Positions 12,994-26,350 of a DNA stretch of 64,000 bases are shown piece after piece. Source of the stretch: Mustelus asterias (lineage: Eukaryota); the NCBI RefSeq assembly GCF_964213995.1, contig NC_135817.1:66402001-66466000 (forward strand), written 5' to 3'. Under the pieces are notes generated by a model. That model was not told the origin of the DNA. It searched no databases and saw nothing but the letters and a program-made list of their open reading frames with translations. Within the stretch, counting starts at the first letter, position 1; each line of letters begins with the position of its first letter. The translations under genes and the position numbers were made by a program.

Positions 12994-13307
12994 TCATAGA
13001 ATTCTACAGTGCAGAAGGAGGCCATTCGGCCCATCGAGTCTGCACCGACCACTATCCCACCCAGGCTCTATCCCCATTACCCCATGCATTTACCCTAGAT
13101 AATCCCCCTGGCACTAAGGGACAATTTAGCATGGCCAATCCACCTAACCTGCACATCTTTGGACTGTGGGAGGAAACCGGAGCACCCGGAGGAAACCCAC
13201 GCTGACACGAGGAGAACGTGCAAACTCCGCACAGACAGTGACCCAAGTTGGGGAACGAACCTGGGTCCCTGGCGCTGTGAGGTAGGAGTGCTGACCACTG
13301 TGCCGTC
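12994..13307 (-). mobile_element. HE1-like SINE
   Basis: Near-consensus head, core and CR1-type tail. Confidence 0.85.
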
Positions 13308-14065
13308 CAAGTGGTGATAATAAAGGCTGAGAATGGTGCTAAGGGCGTCCATTAAGAATCGGAATGTGTAAATGGCAAAACAAAGATGCAGGGTGTCAAA
13401 GGACAACCTGAGGAATGTGGCAGTTGTCCTTAGTGAGGTGGGGTGGGGTAGGGGTTGGAAAAAAAGATGGGAAGCAAGATTTTAGAAGTGCAAAAATAAA
13501 AATAAGAATTTAAAGTAATAAAAATGAGTGAATACGATGGCAATAGGAATGTTTTTCATCCCAAAACACTGAATTCAAATCTCATCATGATAAATTCTGG
13601 AACTGAAATAGATAGGTCTAGTAAATTGTGAATGGACATCACAATGATCATTTGCTATTTAAGCTGCGTTTTAATTTCTAGACCAGGATTTTATTCTCTT
13701 CAGTTGCTGTATTGGGAAAGAAAACATTGGCACTGAGGTGAGTGAACTTTTCTGGGTAATAACATGACTGTCTCGGTCTGAACAAGGACACAGTTAGTAC
13801 TGTTTGCTGAAGAGGTTATTCTTATCGGTGCAGAGTCGTCACAAGTCGTCACACGTGCTCTTTGCTGCTTTGAAAGAGGTACAAACGCAGACTGTATCTG
13901 CCTATATTCTAGAGTCAAGTGTTGGGACAGGCCAGCAAACACAAGGAACTGCCACCACTTGGACCTGGTTTGGGGAGTTCCTACAGATATGTGCTGTAAC
14001 ACAGTGCTAGGAGTTTCTCAACCTATTTATTTACGAAAAATACCAATTTGAGTTTAGCAGAATTT

Positions 14066-14400
14066 AGCACGGTAGCACAGTGGTTAGCACTGCTGCTTCA
14101 CAGCTCCAGGGACCTGGGTTCGATTCCCGGCTTGGGTCACTGTCTGTGTGGAGTTTGCACATTCTCCTCGTGTCTGCGTCGGTTTCCTCCGGGTGCTCCG
14201 GTTTCCTCCCACAGTCCAAAAATGTGCGGGTTAGGTTGATTGGCCGTGCTAAAAATTGCCCTTAGTGTCCTGAAATGCGTAGGCTAGAGGGATTAGTGGG
14301 TAAATATGTAAGGATATGGGGGTAGGGCCTGGGTGGGATTGTGGTTGGTGCAGACTCGATGGGTTGAATGGCCTCTTTCTGTACTGTAGGGTTTCTATGT
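14066..14400 (+). mobile_element. HE1-like SINE
   Basis: gcacggtagcacagtggttagcactg head, B-box ggttcgattcc, CR1-type tail. Confidence 0.88.
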
Positions 14401-14692
14401 TTATGGGATGTGGGTGTCGCTGGCTAGGCTAGCATTCATTGCCCATCCCTAGTTGCACCTGGGAAGGTCGGTGGTGAGCTCCACTCTTGAACCGCTGCAG
14501 TCCCTGAGGTGTAGGCACACCCACCATGCTGTTAGGGAGGGAAAAGTCTGTGAACGCCTGGTGTATCTGTCTGAAAAATGAGAAACTGCCCGAAGAGTAT
14601 CTTTCATGCCTGCACATGTTTATAAACCATAAAATATCAACTATGCCAACTTGACCATTTTTGTTGCATTGTAACAACTTTTTAGCTGTTGT

Positions 14693-15110
14693 CATAGAAT
14701 CACAGAATCCCTACAGTACAGAAGGAGGCCAGTGAATCTGCACTGACTCAACAATTTACCCCGCTAATCCCCCTACCCTACACACCTTTAGACACTAAGG
14801 GGCAATTTAGCATGGCCAATCCACCTAACCTGCACATCTTTGAACTGTGGGAGGAACCAGAGCACCGGAGGAAACCCACGCAGACACGGCGAGAACATGC
14901 AAACTCCACACAGTGACCCAAGCCGAGAATCGAACCCGGGTCCCTGGCTCTGTGAGGCGGCAGTGCTAACCACTGTGCCATCGTGCTAGCCTATAGACAC
15001 TAAGGGGCAATTTAGCATGGCCAATCCACCTAACCTAACATCTTTGGACTATGGGAGGGACCGGAGCATCCAGAGGAAACACATGCAGACACAGGGAGAA
15101 CATGCAAACT
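14693..15110 (-). mobile_element. HE1-like SINE plus adjacent partial second core
   Basis: Full copy at ~14693-14985; core repeated at ~14995-15110. Confidence 0.75.
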
Positions 15111-15684
15111 GTCCTCATTAGAGGCGAGGAAAGTTAAAATGGAAAATGCTTCGATTCACTCATCTGTACTAACGAGGCAGATGCAGAATAAAACAGATCT
15201 TACATCATTTGCAGCAATGTGGCCTGATAATTTTCGGAAATCACCCTTGCTTCATAAAACATGGATCTTTCAAAGTGATGTGATGACAGTGACAGAGCCA
15301 AAGTGAAGATGAATGCAGGTATGCAATGTCAGGCTCGTAATGTCAGCCTTACTGAGTGGACATGCACAGCTTAGTCAGCGGTGTCTTCCTGTAAGCAGAA
15401 GGGATATTGGAAGGAGGAATCATAACTGTGTGATCCACTCGTATACCCCCAAGAGCTCACTGGGAGTAAGCTTCAAGATTAAATGAAGCACAAATTAGGA
15501 ATTATTTAAAAAGGAGAGAAAAATGATGTTATTCAATAGTGTGAATTTCCTATTTCTTACACTCTGCCAACTCTCTGTAGAATTAGGAGCAGTTTTTGTG
15601 CTTCAACGTGGCGAATCATCCAAACTAGGTGGAAAGTCTTCAGCAATGTTTCATTTTGGGACTTGAGAGAGAGAAAGGAGAACT

Positions 15685-16190
15685 TCATAGAAACTAGAAG
15701 CAGGAGGAGGCCATTCGGCCCTTCGAGCCTGCTCCGCCATTCATCTTGATCATGGCTGATCATCGAATTCAATATCTTGATCTCACCTTCCCCCATTTCC
15801 CTTGATCCCTTTAACCCCAAGAACTATATCTAATTTCTTCTTGAAATCACACGTTTTGGCCTCAACTACATTCTGTGGTAATGCACTCCACACATTCACC
15901 ACCTTCTGGGTGAAGAAATTTCTCCTCGCCTCAGTCCTAAAAGGTTTACCCCTTATCCCCAAACTATGACCCCCTTAATTCTTGGATTCCCCCACTGTCG
16001 GGAACATTCTTTCTGAATCTACCCTGTCTAATACTGTAAGAATTTTATAAGTTTCTATGAGATCCCCTCTCACTCTTCTAAACAACAGTGAACATAATCC
16101 TAACCGACTTAGTCTCTCCTCATATGGCAGACCTGCCATCCCAGGAATCAGCCTGGTAAACCTTCGCTGTACTCCCTCTGTAGCAAGCTT
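15685..16190 (-). mobile_element. CR1 LINE 3' fragment
   Basis: Reverse complement matches the CR1 3' end seen at 11960-12640. Confidence 0.8.
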
Positions 16191-16263
16191 AGGTTAAAGT
16201 GAAGGAGGAGTTCTTTAACCCACTGCACCACCCAGTCACTGCCCAATAGTAAAGATTTTGGAC

Positions 16264-16352
16264 CTTTCTGTACTTGAGCAACATTGATCCATTTGGTGCG
16301 AACACTGTACACGTGTTGTAGAACTTCCCACCATCTTCTTCTGGAATAGAGC
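16264..16352 (-). CDS. NIT2: NIT2 exon 4 (catalytic Lys)
   Basis: (G)[29 protein letters not shown]; 89 nt; weak donor AAG|GTCCAA. Confidence 0.93.
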
Positions 16353-17303
16353 CTGCAAGAACACAAGCAACCGCTTAGATTCGGCCACTGGCAAAGACCA
16401 CAGTGTATCAAATCTATCAAACAATTCTATAAATACAAATTAAAATTACAAGCTTCCCGATATCTTCCTCTGTTTTAATATAAAATAACTAAAAAAAGTC
16501 ATCACTGGTTAAAAATGTGAATAAGGAAGAAAATAATTATGTAAGGCACCAACATCCTCAAGACATCCCAAAGCATATTGCGTCCAGTGCGGTGACTGTT
16601 GTTATATCACAGAGTGTCCTGCAGACAGCAAGGGAAAGAATGATGTAATGTTGGATACTGGGAAGACTTTCTGCTCCATTTCAGCATGTCTACCTGAGCT
16701 GCCAGACTCGGTCTACTGAGTGGAGCATTACAGTCCGTCAGGAGTGGGTAGGATGCAGGCAAGGTCGTATAATGGGGTGGGAAGGCTTGAGTTGAGAGCC
16801 TTCCTGGGAATTTAACCCAGTTAAGTTTGGGGTGGAAAGAGTTGAGGATGGTCTTGGGGGAGGGAAAGGGAGGATTTGGGAGAGGAGAAGGAGGAGTCCC
16901 ATGCCCACTGGAAGGATCTGCCAGCAGCAAGTGCTGTCCTTGTGGAACTAATTCCTTGCCCTTTACACTAATCCATTCCCACTCCTCGCCAGTGCTTTCC
17001 CTGGTGAGTCTGTCTCAAAATGGGTTCTGAGGCTCCAGTGACATTCCTCCTCCTGGGGCCTACTGTAGTACCAGCAGTAACCACTGCTCCCAGTGGTACT
17101 GTTGGTACACAAGAGTTGCCTGCCTCTGGCCAGCAGCTCTTGGAGATGGAAAGCTCCCCCTGCAGGAAGCAGTGAGCCCTGACAACAGGCCACAGATTAC
17201 CTGATTGGCCTAATCATCAGAGCTTCCAGAAATGATTCAGGCAGGATTGAGCCAGTGATTTCCAGCCAGTGAATGGACCCACCTCCCTGACTATTAAATT
17301 CTG

Positions 17304-17419
17304 TAAGAAGTCTCACAACACCAGGTTAAAGTCCAACAGGTTTATTTGGAAACCAAACCTGGCGTTGTGAGACTACTTACTGTGTTTACCCCAGTCCAAC
17401 GCCGGCATCTCCACATCAT
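17304..17419. mobile_element. Short fold-back Penelope pLTR-derived insertion
   Basis: Matches the termini of the Penelope element at 44688-47654; TSD TATTAAATTCTG at 17292-17303 and 17420-17431. Confidence 0.8.
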
Positions 17420-18057
17420 TATTAAATTCTGCCCAGTGTCTTACCCGAGAGATGACACCACCAAACACGGCCTCACTCAGAACTGCAGTGGAAAAAGAGC
17501 GCCAACCGCATTATGCGCTCAAATCAAAGAGTGGGCCTTGACTTGAGTGGTGAGGTTACCACTAACTCGAGCAACTCGATATGATGACCCATAGGAAAAT
17601 GTATTTCTGTAATATTTGAGCTATGTGGAGTATAGTCAAAAATGCATAATATTTTTATGAATGTGTCACAAACACAACTGGAGCAAAAGCAGCTTTATAG
17701 TACACATGGTCATAACAATAGTGCTCATTTGCGGCTTGGCATTTTTAGAATTTGCCAGCTGAATATAAATTCTATTATGACTATTTCTCTCTCTGTACCA
17801 TTAATAAATGTCATAAGATAATTTTAACCTAATGCACCTGGTTGGGGGTGGCGGGGGGGGGGGGGGGGGGGGGGGGGAGGGGAGGGGGGAGATGGAATAT
17901 TGACTGCCCACTGACTCCCTTCGCTTTAGTGTGTAAATAGTAGCTTCCAAGTTCGAGTCAGCAATGATTGAACAAGATACATACAATGCAATGCAGCAAT
18001 TGAAGTGATTCTTCATGGAGCCTGCGTTAAACTTTCCAACAGTGGGCCCATATTTAC

Positions 18058-18178
18058 CTCCAATAAGATGCACGGCGTACTCCTTTGCTACATCAGAAAG
18101 CACTTGGGTCGACTCCCCTGGAATTTTTTCCGCATACTCTGGGAAATACTTTGTTCCATAGGGAGAATTGAAACATTC
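18058..18178 (-). CDS. NIT2: NIT2 exon 3 (catalytic Glu)
   Basis: [40 protein letters not shown]; 121 nt. Confidence 0.96.
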
Positions 18179-19374
18179 CTGTGATTTAAAATACATGAAA
18201 TATTTCAAGGCAGACATTCGGGAATCCAAGATGTTTAATATTTGAAAGAACCATGTTCTGAATTTAGTTCAAGGTTGCCGCAATGTACTCGAGAAAAAAA
18301 TGACCGCGTTACAAGGCTGTATCACAATAGAAGAGCCTGAATTATGTTATTTATCCACAAAAGGGAAGTTCAGTTTACAAATACCATTTGAATTCTTGGA
18401 TTGTATCATCTCTTTTACTCACCATCAGAGATGTTTTCTAGAATAGAGATTTTTTTTTTCCCCCTCCTTTTCTCCATCTGCCTCATTTTTGTTTTATTCA
18501 TTCGTGGGACATGGGCATCGCTGGCTGGGCCAGCATTTATTGCCCATCGCTAGTTGCCCGAGGGCAGTTGAGAGTCAACCACATTGCTGTGGCTCTGGAG
18601 TCTGACCAGATATCCTTCCCTTTTGTGCAAGGAAGAATGGTAGGACATGGAACATGTTGCCAAGAGTGGTGGTGGAGGCAGATACGATAGGGACATTTAA
18701 AGGGCTGTTAGATAAGCACATGAATAGGCAAGGGATAGAGTGATAGGGACCAAGGGCAGGCAGAAAGGATTAGTTTACTTTGGTGTCATGTTCGGCACAA
18801 CATCGTGGGCCGAAGGGCCTGTTTCTGTGCTGTACTGTTCTTTGTTAAATGTCAAAGATGAGACAAAGCTATTTCGCCCAAAAAGGTCTGCAGGCCCATC
18901 TAAGGTCCTAATTGGTCAAAATTACATACAGTTGGTATTGGGATTGGTAAGGGGATCAAAGGTTATGGGAAAAAGGTGGGAGAATATGCCGAGAAACATA
19001 CCAGCCATGGTGGAGCAGACTCAATGGCTGAATGGCCTAATTCTGATCCCATATCTTATTTCAACTGCACTATGAACAACGTCTACCACATTGTCATGCA
19101 GGCCAGTCATTGCAAGAAATATCCCCAATCAATGTTTCAAATTTGCTCTGCACCAATCTAAATCCATGCTGTCTCGCTAGAACACCCCTTTGTTTCTTAA
19201 CATAAGAAATAGCAAGAGTAGATCCCTGGAGCCCGCTCCACCAATCAATAAAATCAAGGCTGATCATCGCTTTTGAGCTAAAGGTCTGACAACAACTTCA
19301 GCTGGGAAGGGTTAAATTATACAACCAGAAAGAGGAACGACTGCATTTCTTTGTTACTGATCTGTTTTACTTAC

Positions 19375-19493
19375 AGGGAGCGCCACAACCTTTGCCCCCT
19401 TCAGTGCTGCTTCCTTCACCAGTGTTCGAACTTTGCTGAGGTTACTCGCTTTCAGGGGTGACACCACATGTTGAATAAGAGCCAAGCGGAATT
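19375..19493 (-). CDS. NIT2: NIT2 exon 2
   Basis: (K)FRLALIQHVVSPLKASNLSKVRTLVKEAALKGAKVVALP; 119 nt; tag/gtaagt. Confidence 0.93.
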
Positions 19494-19864
19494 CTAGGAA
19501 TAATTATAGAAGAACAGCAAACAGTTGTTAATAAATAACTTGGTCAATATCCAACCCTTATCGAACTATTCCTAGATCTTCCAAACGCAGAATCTCCAGT
19601 TAGGCCAACTCACTGTCGTTTTTCACTCTGAGAAAAACAACTTATTTTTAACGTCAACATGGCCTGTTAACATTATATACTGCTTCGTAAAGTACTAGAG
19701 TGTTATACAGTGCACACTGCATTTATTGTGCTGAGATGGGGCCATATTCCTTTAAGGCCATAAAGTTAAGTAAACACAGGCTGAACTCAATTTGAGTTCA
19801 ATTGTTGTTTGGTCAGGCAACTGTGGAGACTAAAATATGCTTTTTAGTTTTAGGCAGCACGTCA

Positions 19865-20355
19865 GAAAGAACAAAGAAAATTACAGCACAGGAACAGGCC
19901 CTTCGGCCCTCCAAGCCTGCATCGACCATGCTGCCCGACTGAACTAAAGCCCCCTACCCTTCTGGGGACCGTATCCCTCTATTCCCATCCTATTCATGTA
20001 TTTGTCAAGACGCCCCTTAAAAGTCACTATCATGTCTGCTTCCAATACCTCCCCTGGCAGCGAGTTCCAGGCACCCACCACCCTATGTGTAAAAAAAAAC
20101 TTGCCTCGTACATCTCCTTTAAACCTTGCCCCTCGCACCTTAAACCTGTGTCCCCTAGTAATTGACTCTTCCACCCTGGGGAAAAAGCTTCTGACTATCC
20201 ACTCTGTCCATGCCTCTCATAATCTAGTAGACTTCTATCAGGTCGCCCCTCAACCGCTATCGTTCCAGTGAGAACAAACCAAGTTTCTCCAACCTCTCCT
20301 CATAGCTAATGCCCTCCATGCCAGGCAGCATCCTGGTAAATCTTTTCTGTACCCT
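19865..20355 (-). mobile_element. CR1 LINE 3' fragment
   Basis: TRGHRFKVRGARFKGDVRGKFFFTHRVVGAWN. Confidence 0.88.
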
Positions 20356-20587
20356 ATTCTCTATCCTAATATTTTAAGATCGTCTGTATCTTTAAGTGTG
20401 TAAACATACTATTTAAGAAAATATATTGGAAAATTTACCAAGGTGTAGCTCACACCATCTGTGGATGTGGTATTTAATGTCAAGAGTATCATTAAATCAT
20501 GTTTAAAAAGCCACCAACTAAAAAGTGTCTATACATTCCTTCCAAGTTGTAAAATGTGAAATAAGGTCATTCAAAGGTTAATTCAAA

Positions 20588-20900
20588 GGGGCGGCACGGT
20601 GGCATAGTGGTTAGCACTGCTGCCTCACAGCGCCAGGGACCCATGTTTGATTCCCAGTTTGGGGTCATCGTCTGTGTGGAGTTTGCACATTCTCCTTGTG
20701 TCTGCGTGAGTTTCCTCCGGGTGCTCCGGTTTCCTCCCACAGTCTAAAGATGTGCAGGTTAGGTTGATTGGCCCGAATGTCAGGGGGATTAGCAAGGTAA
20801 ATGTGTGGGGTTACAGGAATAGGGCTTGGGTGGGACTGTGGTCGCTGCAGACTCGATGGGCTGAATGGCCTCCTTCTGCACTGGAGGATTCTATGATTCT
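20588..20900 (+). mobile_element. HE1-like SINE
   Basis: Head, core and tail consensus. Confidence 0.82.
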
Positions 20901-21319
20901 ATTAAACTGGCTAGTGTCGTAACTTGCAATATTCACCTGTTTACTTCTGTCTTCAACTAACCTACAATGTCTCCCAGTCCACCAAAACTTCAAAACTAAA
21001 GATTCTCATCCTTGTGGTCAAATTGTTTCACAGTTTCCTTCTCCCCAGGCCCCACAGACCTCCATGAACTCTGCAACCCTCCAATTCTGGCCTCTATGCT
21101 TTAGCCAACCACTGGCGACCAACTCTTCAAGTAGCTAGGCCTTAAGTTATGGAATTTCCTCCATTATCCTCTCCACCTCTTAAAGCCTCCCTCTTTGACC
21201 AAGATATTAGTCATTTGTTCTAATAACCTTTGGCCCATTTAAAAAAATATCTGATTACACTCCTGTGACGTGCCATTGCTTATTCAAAGCACTGTAAAAA
21301 TGCAATTTTTAAAATTGAT

Positions 21320-21728
21320 TCCTGGGACATGGGTCGTGGCTGGCTGGGCCAACATTTGTTGCCCATCCCTAGTTGCCCTTGTGAAGATGGTGGTGAGCTG
21401 CCATCTTGAACGACTTGAGTCGTTGCTAGACCACTTCAGAGGTCAGTTGAGAGTCAACCACATTGCTGTGGCTCTGGGGTCACATGTCGGCCAGACCAGG
21501 TAAGGACAGCAGATTTCCTTCCCTACAGGACATTAGTGAACCAGATGGATTTTTCTGACAATCGACAATGGTTTCATGGTCATCAGTAGATTCTTAATTC
21601 CAGATATTTTTTATTGAAATCAAATTCCACCATCTGCCATGGTGGGATTCAAACCCGGGTCCCCACACCATTAGCTGAGTTTCTGGATTAACAGTCTAGC
21701 GAGAATACCACTAGGCCATTGCCTCTCC
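21320..21728 (-). mobile_element. SacSINE1/Deu-domain-type SINE
   Basis: tRNA-like head, ctggttcactaatgtcc..agggaaggaaatctg core and L2-like tail; related copies at 44359-44687, 55708-56035 and 24425-24538. Confidence 0.75.
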
Positions 21729-21847
21729 ATTATCATTGACTTAGAACCCTGGATCTATTCCCAAGAAGGTCAGTGGAAATGGTGCTCTGGCATTTTACTA
21801 TTGGTGAAGAGTTGTTTTGAAACAAATCTTCAAAACAAAACTTCATC

Positions 21848-21961
21848 AGGGGCAGTGCTCCGAAAGCTCGTGCTACCAAATAAACCTGTTGGACTTTAAC
21901 CTGGTAGTTATAAGACTACTTACTGTGCTTACCCCAGTCCAACGCTGGCAACTCCACATCA
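21848..21961 (+). mobile_element. Penelope pLTR 3' fragment
   Basis: gctccgaaagctcgtg..aaataaacctgttggactttaacctgg..ctccacatca. Confidence 0.75.
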
Positions 21962-22599
21962 ATCAGCCAAAGATCAACTCTAATCTTAAAATGGTGGTAT
22001 TAGGAGGGGAGGGTAAAAACATGGTTAAAGTAGTAGGTTTGAAGGGACAGCCTTACAGAAGGACAAAGAGATAGAGGCTGAGAATGATAGAACCTCTACA
22101 GTGCAGAAGGAGGCCTAGCGGAGGCATTCCAGAGTTTAGAGTCTAGACAGCTGAAGGCACTGCTCCTCAGACTGGCTAAGGTGACTCCAAAGATCTGGCA
22201 ACAGACAACAAGTCAAGGAGGTTGTTTGACTTGATCGCCTGTCTCTCCTCCTTGGCTACCAGTGACCCTGGAGCTTGCGTTGATACATGAGAGGCCTTCC
22301 TTGCCCAGTTTGCAACGGTGGGACTGAAATGCATCCTTATCCCTGGGAATTGCATTTTAATTTGATTTGTTAATTTTCCTTTCAAGTTTGGGCTTTTTGT
22401 TACAGTTTATTATTCGGAAAGGAACATGAATTCCCTGTTTCACCTGATAAAGGCCTGTGACTGCCGGAGTAAAAAGCTGAAGACTGGGTGAAGGATGTAG
22501 GGAGTGTCCATGAGGCCGATGTTGGAGGAGAGCAGAGTTCTCAGCGCGTTGTCGGGCAGGAGGAGAGGTTTGGGGGTGGGGGCGAGGCCACAAAGTGGT

Positions 22600-22799
22600 N
22601 NNNNNNNNNNNNNNNNNNNNNNNNNNNNNNNNNNNNNNNNNNNNNNNNNNNNNNNNNNNNNNNNNNNNNNNNNNNNNNNNNNNNNNNNNNNNNNNNNNNN
22701 NNNNNNNNNNNNNNNNNNNNNNNNNNNNNNNNNNNNNNNNNNNNNNNNNNNNNNNNNNNNNNNNNNNNNNNNNNNNNNNNNNNNNNNNNNNNNNNNNNN
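22600..22799. other. Assembly gap (200 N)
   Basis: Run of N inside NIT2 intron 1. Confidence 1.
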
Positions 22800-23447
22800 G
22801 GGAAGATGACAATAGGCGGTGTGGGCTTACAATCACACCCATTACACAGACTGTTTAGCTAAGGCATGAAGCTGCAATCAGTCATGGAGTCAATTATGCA
22901 TCAACCGCGAGAAAAAGATTCATGATGTCAGTCTCAAAAGTGACACACTCAGGATCTGATGTTTACTTTAAACAAATTCCTCTTCGGCAAAACTAGTTTT
23001 AAGCTTCATTTTCCTGGGAGATGTAGCCGGTGATTCACTTCTGAAACTTTGTGCTTCCAATGCAAAAACCTTTTTGCTGGGGAGCGGGTTACATCCCAGG
23101 ATCTCGAACGCTATTATTATTTTTCTACAGAGAGTCAATTTAAAATATGTTATGTGCAACATAGCGGTAACCTGACTCTCCAAGGGCAATAGATAAGAGA
23201 GGTGCATTCCAGTTACAATTCAACCCAATCCGCAGGTAAAGCTTTGGAATATAGACCCAACTCACTTGGATTTAAAATAATGATCGAAATCTGACAACGT
23301 AGAGATTTGCACAGACTTTTAACCCAATTGCTTAGACCCGGTCTGAAAGTCCTTGGATCTGATCCTTCAAACAACAATAATAAAAATACAGTGGCTTCCA
23401 GCTTTGATAAAACAAGCAAATAAGCACATTTCCCTCCAATAACTTAC

Positions 23448-23466
23448 TTGTTGCCGCTCCTGACAT
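23448..23466 (-). CDS. NIT2: NIT2 exon 1 coding part
   Basis: ATG TCA GGA GCG GCA ACA A|gtaagt (MSGAAT); its phase 1 matches exon 2. An in-frame, weaker-context ATG at 23478 would add MCDN. Confidence 0.8.
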
Positions 23467-23543
23467 GTTGTCACACATCGAGAAGCCCTTGACAGTGAAA
23501 CAACTGGGGTGAACTCTCGCTTTTTCTTCACTCCAGTGACGGG

Positions 23544-23590
23544 CTCACGTCACTTTCCAGCCAGCAGCAGTGTGTTTGGGAGTTGTAGTC
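23544..23590 (-). promoter_or_regulatory. NIT2: NIT2 promoter motifs
   Basis: GACTACAACTCCCA (ZNF143/THAP11-associated ACTACAnnTCCCA motif) at 23577-23590 and GTGACGTGA (CRE/ATF-like) near 23545-23553. Confidence 0.6.
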
Positions 23591-24974
23591 CTTGCTTCAC
23601 TCTCTCACTCTGTAAATGGACTACACACTCCGCCTTGAACAGTGAACACAAGCTGAAAATCTAGAACAAAGTAGATTACTGAACTGACTGGCCAGACTGA
23701 CTTGAGTTCATTTTCTATTCCAGGGAATAACCCAGGCATGGTCCTGCTCTCTCTTTCATGCAATCCTTGTGCTTTAACGCATTTAGACTTTTTTTTATTT
23801 TAAAAGAGGACATAATTTAGAAGCTAAACCATCAGCTGCACCATTTCCAGGAATTTACAAATGGAGATACCGTCAACACTCAAGAAGCTGCTTGTAGATT
23901 GGCACCCCATCCACCATCCAAATATGTGTGGATTAGGTGGATTGGCCATGTTAAATTGCTCATTAGTGTCAGGGGGACTAGTTTGGGGAAATGCATGGGG
24001 TTATGGGGATAGGATCTGGGTGAGATTGTGGTTGGTGCAGACAGGATGGGCCAAATGGCCTTCTTCTGCAGTGTAGGATTCTATGATTTTCCCTCCATCA
24101 CTGTCACACACAGTAGCAGCAGTGTGTACCGTCAACAAGATGGGTGGCAGCAACTCATCTTGGGCATCTACCAAACTCATGACCTCTACCATCTAGAAGG
24201 ACAAGGGATGCTTGGGAACACTGGGGCTGGAATTCTCTGGCTGTTCATTCTGGCGGGATTCTCCAGTCCCACCGCAGTGCAGCCCCGTCTGCAGATGTGG
24301 AGTGATGTTAATGGGAATTCCGATTAACAGCAGTGGGAGCAGGGGATCCTGTCACTAGCAAACACCGAGCCATCTCCTACCGGCAGTAAACATATAGCTG
24401 GGAGGCCGGAGAATCTCACCTGAGATTTTTTTATTCAATTCATCTGCCATGGTGGAATTTGAACCTGAGTCCCCAGATCTTGCCCAGGGTCTCTGGATTA
24501 CTAATCCAGTGACAATACCACTACGCCACCGCCTCCCCTGTGCTCATCTGGAAGAATCGCAGAAGCTTCTGGAACTGTATTTTATGTAGTTAAAATGGGC
24601 ATTGACGAACTAGCAGTGCCAATCATGTGTTTTTTGGCATTTGGACTGTCGACACTATCAAGTCTCCAGGAAATACCTAATTAAATATGGATATTTTACA
24701 ACCATTGGTGGAATTCACACATCTCATTGTTTAAGGATGGGTCAGTACCTAAAGATTATGGATTTTCCAGGCTGCCCATCTTCATGTTTCATACTGCACT
24801 AAAGAGAAGATTGAAACTCTGGAGATTGGCCACTCTCAACTTCCCAATGTAGACCCTTCCTCATCCAAACTAAACTGAGTGGGCCTCAGAGAAGCCCTGA
24901 CTGCAGGGGTCAGAAGAAACATACATCCTTTCATACAAAGCATATGAATTACAGGCAGTAACTCAGCAAAGACG

Positions 24975-26350
24975 TTCTGCCTGTGACACGTTGTCAATTC
25001 CAAACATTCACAACCTTCTGATTGAAGAAATTTCTCTCACCTCACTCCTAAATCAGAGACTCCCATCTTGAAACTCTGCGATGTTCTAGATTCCCCAGCC
25101 AGTGGAAGTAACCTCTTGGCGTTTCCCCTGAGAAGTCCCTTCAGAATCTTGAATGTTTCAATGAGATCACCTTTCCTTTTTCTAAGGCTGAGAGAGTATT
25201 GGCCCACTGTACTCAGCATCCAATTAGAAACCATCTTAATTCCAGGAATCAATCTAGGAAACCTTTGCTGTACCATTTCCAATGAAAGCATATCCTTCCC
25301 TAAATATGGAGACCAAAACTGTGCACAAGATTCCATGTGTGCTCTTATTAAAGACCTGTATAGTTATTACAAAACTTCCTTATTCTTGTACACCAATCCC
25401 CTGGACTATGAAAGGCAATGTGCCATTTGTCTTCTTAACTGCTTGCTGTGCCAGCTTGCTAAATGTCTGCATCCTCTGTGTAAGTACATCCAAGTTCCTC
25501 TAAACATCAACATTTACAAATGTCATCCCTTTTAAAAAAGATCCTGCTTTTCAATTCTCACGCCCGAAATGAAAATTCTCAAACTTCCCCACATTATACA
25601 CTTGGCCGCCTTCTTGTCCACTCACCGAACCAGTCCACATCATTTTGCAACCTCCTTGTGTCCTCCTCACAGCTTGCATTCCCACCCAACTTTGGCCGGA
25701 ATTATCCGACCCCAGCTGCGGCTGGGATTCTCCGATATCGCTGCTGTGAATGGAGATTTGGCTGGGCGCCAAATTCTCCGTTCTTTCTGACCACAGTACT
25801 GGAGTACTGTGAACAGTTCTGGTTCACATATTATAAAAAAAGATATTGCGGCATAAAAAGGTTTACTAGAATGATACCAGAACTGGGATACATGGAATGC
25901 TGTGTGGGGGGGAGGGGGGATTGCTTGTTACCGTATAAAGAAAGGGAGTATAGGTTGTATTTACTGGAATTTTAGAAAATTGAGATGTTCTTATTGAAAC
26001 ATTCAAGTTCCTGAAGGGTGAATTCTGAAAGGATATTTCCCCTTGTGGGAGAGACTCGAACTAGGGGACACAACTTGAGAATAAGCAGTCTCCCATTTAA
26101 GACAGAGATAAGATTGTTTTTTTTCTTTCAGACGGTCTCTCAGTGAATCTTTGGAATTCTCTTCTCCAGAGAGCGTTGGAAGCAGCACCAATGAATATTT
26201 TTAAGGCAGAGGGAGATTGATTCTTGACTAACAAGGGAGTCAAAGGTTATCGGGGGTAGGCGGAGTGTAGAGTTAAAGCCACAGTGTGATCGTATTGAAT
26301 GGTGCAGCAAGCTCAAGAGGCCAAATGCCCTACTCGTGCTTATAATTTGC
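24975..26350. mobile_element. Two old CR1 fragments in opposite orientation
   Basis: Minus-strand CAQFWSPYLGKD..GDLIETFKI (~24975-25620) and plus-strand LEYCEQFW..RFTRMIP (~25790-26350). Confidence 0.7.

Noticed and set aside
13052-14981. Recurrent short ORFs such as GHCLCGVCTFS..GFPPGAPVSSHSPK
   Set aside because: Translations of SINE copies, not a protein family.
12902-17890. Poly-G runs at ~12902-12922 and ~17845-17890 (G-quadruplex or poly-Pro ORF)
   Set aside because: Simple intronic homopolymers of unreliable length; no supporting evidence.
22357-22862. ORFs containing X runs, and the unidentified sequence beside the gap
   Set aside because: Artefacts of the N gap; the flanking sequence could not be assigned.
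23479-23580. Long N-terminal (targeting) extension of NIT2
   Set aside because: Only a 4-codon upstream ATG exists, and an in-frame TGA lies further upstream.
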